DNA of 56,468 nt from a virus (Duplodnaviria; Caudoviricetes). The translations under genes were made by a program, and so were the position numbers. The DNA lies in the IMG/VR virus record IMGVR_UViG_3300032050_000168, positions 1 through 56,468 of that record; one strand, given 5' to 3'. Below the pieces are notes generated by a model that searched no databases, was not told the origin of the DNA, and saw only the letters and a program-made list of their open reading frames with translations. Positions within the stretch are counted from its first letter, which is position 1. Every line of letters begins with the position of its first letter. This document shows positions 54,133-56,468 of the stretch, piece by piece.

Positions 54133-55710
54133 TTATCCAATCAACCAACTGATATTTTCTGTCCGGTCGTCACCGATGGGCATTTCATAGGGATTTTCTT
54201 GTAATCCACCACGTTGTACGAAGGGAACAGTGTTATACGATGTTTTATCCAACGCCATTTTTGTCAATTCTATTCCTTCCATTCGTAATCGTAAGGCTGT
54301 ATCACGAACCCATAGTCCAATACACAACGCCAACACTAAATCGTCATTATATCCCTGCAATGCTTCTGGACGACCGTTTTTCCAAATAAATGTTTCTAGT
54401 TCAGCAATCATCCGTCCAGACCGAATTGTAAACGAGTTATCCAACATATATTCTTTTAGTCGAGCGATGATTAATGGACGAGTGCGTTGGGAAATCATGA
54501 AGCCTGGTACCATGTTTCGTTCATCACGAGCATATCTACCCGTTACCTGATGTTCTACGTCTACATATTGTAAATCTCGTGACATGTAAAAAAGATTTCT
54601 GTATCCCCGATCAATAATTTGTTGAATACAGTTCCATCCAATAGAACTATTATCAGGTATTAATAGTGCATCATTGTATTCTGTGGCGATAGATACCAAC
54701 ATATTACCGAATTGTTTTGTTTCCACCTTTCCTTTGTATTCGGCAACTTGTACAGATTTTTCAACGTCAATAACATGGAAAGTAGAATAATCTTCGCCGT
54801 CACCTCGTGCAACGTCAGCACATACTACATACGATTTTCCAGCCAACGGATATTCCCAGATCCATAAGTTCCCATCAAATCCTTGTTTGGAGATGGGTTC
54901 TTGCACATAAGTCTTTTTATAAAACTCAATAATATCCGGCGGTATAACTGTGTTACCCGAGAAAATAAAGGATGCATCGTGTTCTTGAGATGCTTCCATT
55001 TCACCCATTAATTCTGTTTGACGATCACGCCATGCTTGATCACGTTCTGGATGGACCCGCCAATCTAGGAGAATGGGATTAAATCCATTTGATTTATTTT
55101 CTGCTTGTTGCCACATCTTATGAAAAAAATTACCAATGCCATTTGGGGTGGATAAAAGAATGGCTTTACCACCCGTAGATAACGTACTGGATGCAGCTGT
55201 CCAAATAATTTCTGCATCGTCAATGAATGCGGCCTCGTCAAGAATAAGGAGAGACAGTGCCTCAGAACGACCCGCATCTTTACTACTTGCCACTGCTTTA
55301 ATTTGTGATCCGTTTGCGAACTGTAAGGAGAGTTTATTATCAGTAGTTACACTTCCCCGTAGCCACACAGGAAGATTTTGATGCATGAATCGTACTTTCG
55401 TTACCAAGTTCTTTGCAGTTTCTTGTTTGGTGGCAATAACGAGAATATTTTTGTCTCGGTGAAATAACAAGAGCCACAGTGAGTATCCAGCAACCAATGT
55501 AGAAATACCAATCTGCCGACCCTTGAGTACAATATTATAATCATGATTGTCAAAATCTTTCAGTGCATCTTTTTGGTAATGGTACAAATCAAACAACATC
55601 CGACCACGGGTTGGATGTTGAATGTAAGAATACTTAGACAAAAAATATGCAGGATTGGTTGCACATTTTTTGTATTCTTGTTTAATAATTTCTTTTAAAT
55701 CTTGCGACAT
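54133..55710 (-). CDS. terminase large subunit (T4 gp17-like)
   Basis: LKGRQIGIST (Walker A), LLILDEAAF (Walker B), LSTPNG.GNFFH, ADVARGDGEDYS, G.NDDLV; start at MSQDL (55710). Confidence 0.95.
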   Translation of the reverse strand: MSQDLKEIIKQEYKKCATNPAYFLSKYSYIQHPTRGRMLFDLYHYQKDALKDFDNHDYNIVLKGRQIGISTLVAGYSLWLLLFHRDKNILVIATKQETAKNLVTKVRFMHQNLPVWLRGSVTTDNKLSLQFANGSQIKAVASSKDAGRSEALSLLILDEAAFIDDAEIIWTAASSTLSTGGKAILLSTPNGIGNFFHKMWQQAENKSNGFNPILLDWRVHPERDQAWRDRQTELMGEMEASQEHDASFIFSGNTVIPPDIIEFYKKTYVQEPISKQGFDGNLWIWEYPLAGKSYVVCADVARGDGEDYSTFHVIDVEKSVQVAEYKGKVETKQFGNMLVSIATEYNDALLIPDNSSIGWNCIQQIIDRGYRNLFYMSRDLQYVDVEHQVTGRYARDERNMVPGFMISQRTRPLIIARLKEYMLDNSFTIRSGRMIAELETFIWKNGRPEALQGYNDDLVLALCIGLWVRDTALRLRMEGIELTKMALDKTSYNTVPFVQRGGLQENPYEMPIGDDRTENISWLIG

Positions 55711-55711
55711 C

Positions 55712-56371
55712 TCATCTCCCTGCCAACCGATCTCCAATAATGACACCTGCTGCAAATGAAATCATACCAGCGGTCTTCTTACTAATCCATTGACGTGGTG
55801 GTTTTGGCATAGTAATCAATTTAGTAACAACTGTTTGTAAACTATCGCCACGCTGTGTTGCAATTGCTACGGCACTGTCTAACTTGGTGATTTTAAATTG
55901 TTGTGCCGTTATAACTTCTTTTTGTTGTCCGATAACCGATTCTGCGTTGGACACTTGTTCTTTTAAGTTATAAATAATTCCTTCTTGTATTGCTACCATT
56001 TGTGCTGTGTCTTTGGTTACCTCTAAACTATCCTCTAATCTGGAAAGGCTTCCCTTGAGAATAGATCGTTGCTTATTTGTAACATCTATAGTGACCGTCA
56101 ATGATGCAATTTGTTTATCTTTTTGCTGTGATTCTGTTGTTAAGCGAATGACTATATTATTGGTGCTATCCGCAAATTGTTTTGCCGTGTTTGCTTCTTT
56201 TTGTAGTTTTGCAAATTCTTGTCTAAATTGATTAAGTTTGGAATCACTGTTACATTGACCAGTACTAAATGCAGCAACAACCAACACGCACGCCACTATT
56301 AGTTGTGTTGGTTGTGGCATCTTGGCAAAATCTTTTATCAATTTTCTAAATGCATCAATCACTTTGTCCAT
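55712..56371 (-). CDS. membrane-anchored coiled-coil protein (spanin-like candidate)
   Basis: N-terminal hydrophobic segment ending ...STGQC, a long coiled coil, and a C-terminal hydrophobic segment. Confidence 0.5.
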   Translation of the reverse strand: MDKVIDAFRKLIKDFAKMPQPTQLIVACVLVVAAFSTGQCNSDSKLNQFRQEFAKLQKEANTAKQFADSTNNIVIRLTTESQQKDKQIASLTVTIDVTNKQRSILKGSLSRLEDSLEVTKDTAQMVAIQEGIIYNLKEQVSNAESVIGQQKEVITAQQFKITKLDSAVAIATQRGDSLQTVVTKLITMPKPPRQWISKKTAGMISFAAGVIIGDRLAGR

Positions 56372-56468
56372 ACATCATCTCCGCTTCACACTCTGCGAGG
56401 TGTTTTGTTAACTCTTCAATATCTTTTTGAAGATCCGTTTTTATTTTGTTTATATCAACATCCCATTT
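56355..56468 (-). CDS. 3' end of a hypothetical protein (truncated by the window)
   Basis: Open frame ...KWDVDINKIKTDLQKDIEELTKHLAECEAEMMYGQSD* overlapping the next start. Confidence 0.5.
   Translation of the reverse strand, partial: KWDVDINKIKTDLQKDIEELTKHLAECEAEMMYGQSD

Noticed and set aside
1-56468. Stop-codon reassignment as seen in some large phages
   Set aside because: Core genes (terminase, portal, MCP, sheath) are full length in the standard code, and TAA, TAG and TGA all terminate genes
1-56468. tRNA, rRNA, introns, inteins or homing endonucleases
   Set aside because: Intergenic gaps are short and I recognised no cloverleaf. Terminase, portal and MCP show no intein-like or interrupted segments. 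A tRNAscan/Infernal run would be needed to be certain.

Overview
This is a 56 kb piece of a large T4-like (myovirus) phage genome. Essentially every real gene lies on the minus strand and reads right to left as one late, morphogenesis region. The order is: terminase large subunit; about 12 small, mostly basic, putative internal head proteins plus a ferritin/Dps-like protein; portal; prohead protease; a phage-encoded ribosomal protein bS21; scaffold; major capsid protein; neck and tail-completion proteins; tail sheath and tube; an ~18 kb array of Ser/Thr-rich modular fibre or decoration proteins; an ~11 kb glycan-building cluster; a mucin-like Thr/Pro-repeat protein; and the 5' end of a probable SNF2/HARP-type helicase. 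The glycan cluster holds two GT60-type polypeptide GlcNAc transferases, GDP-L-fucose synthase, GT7/GT2/GT10 transferases, HtrL-like domains, a carbamoyltransferase and a methyltransferase. The main hunting results are: (i) an apparently complete protein O-glycosylation pathway next to plausible Thr/Ser-rich virion substrates; (ii) a domain shared between the major capsid protein and the tail sheath; (iii) capsid-targeting-like N-termini on the small-gene cluster, including two ORFs absent from the ORF track; (iv) a TATTTATA motif (the reverse complement of the T4 late promoter) mostly 24-36 nt upstream of late genes; and (v) a three-gene tandem duplication with a readable fusion junction. All family calls come from motif recognition by eye, not database searches.
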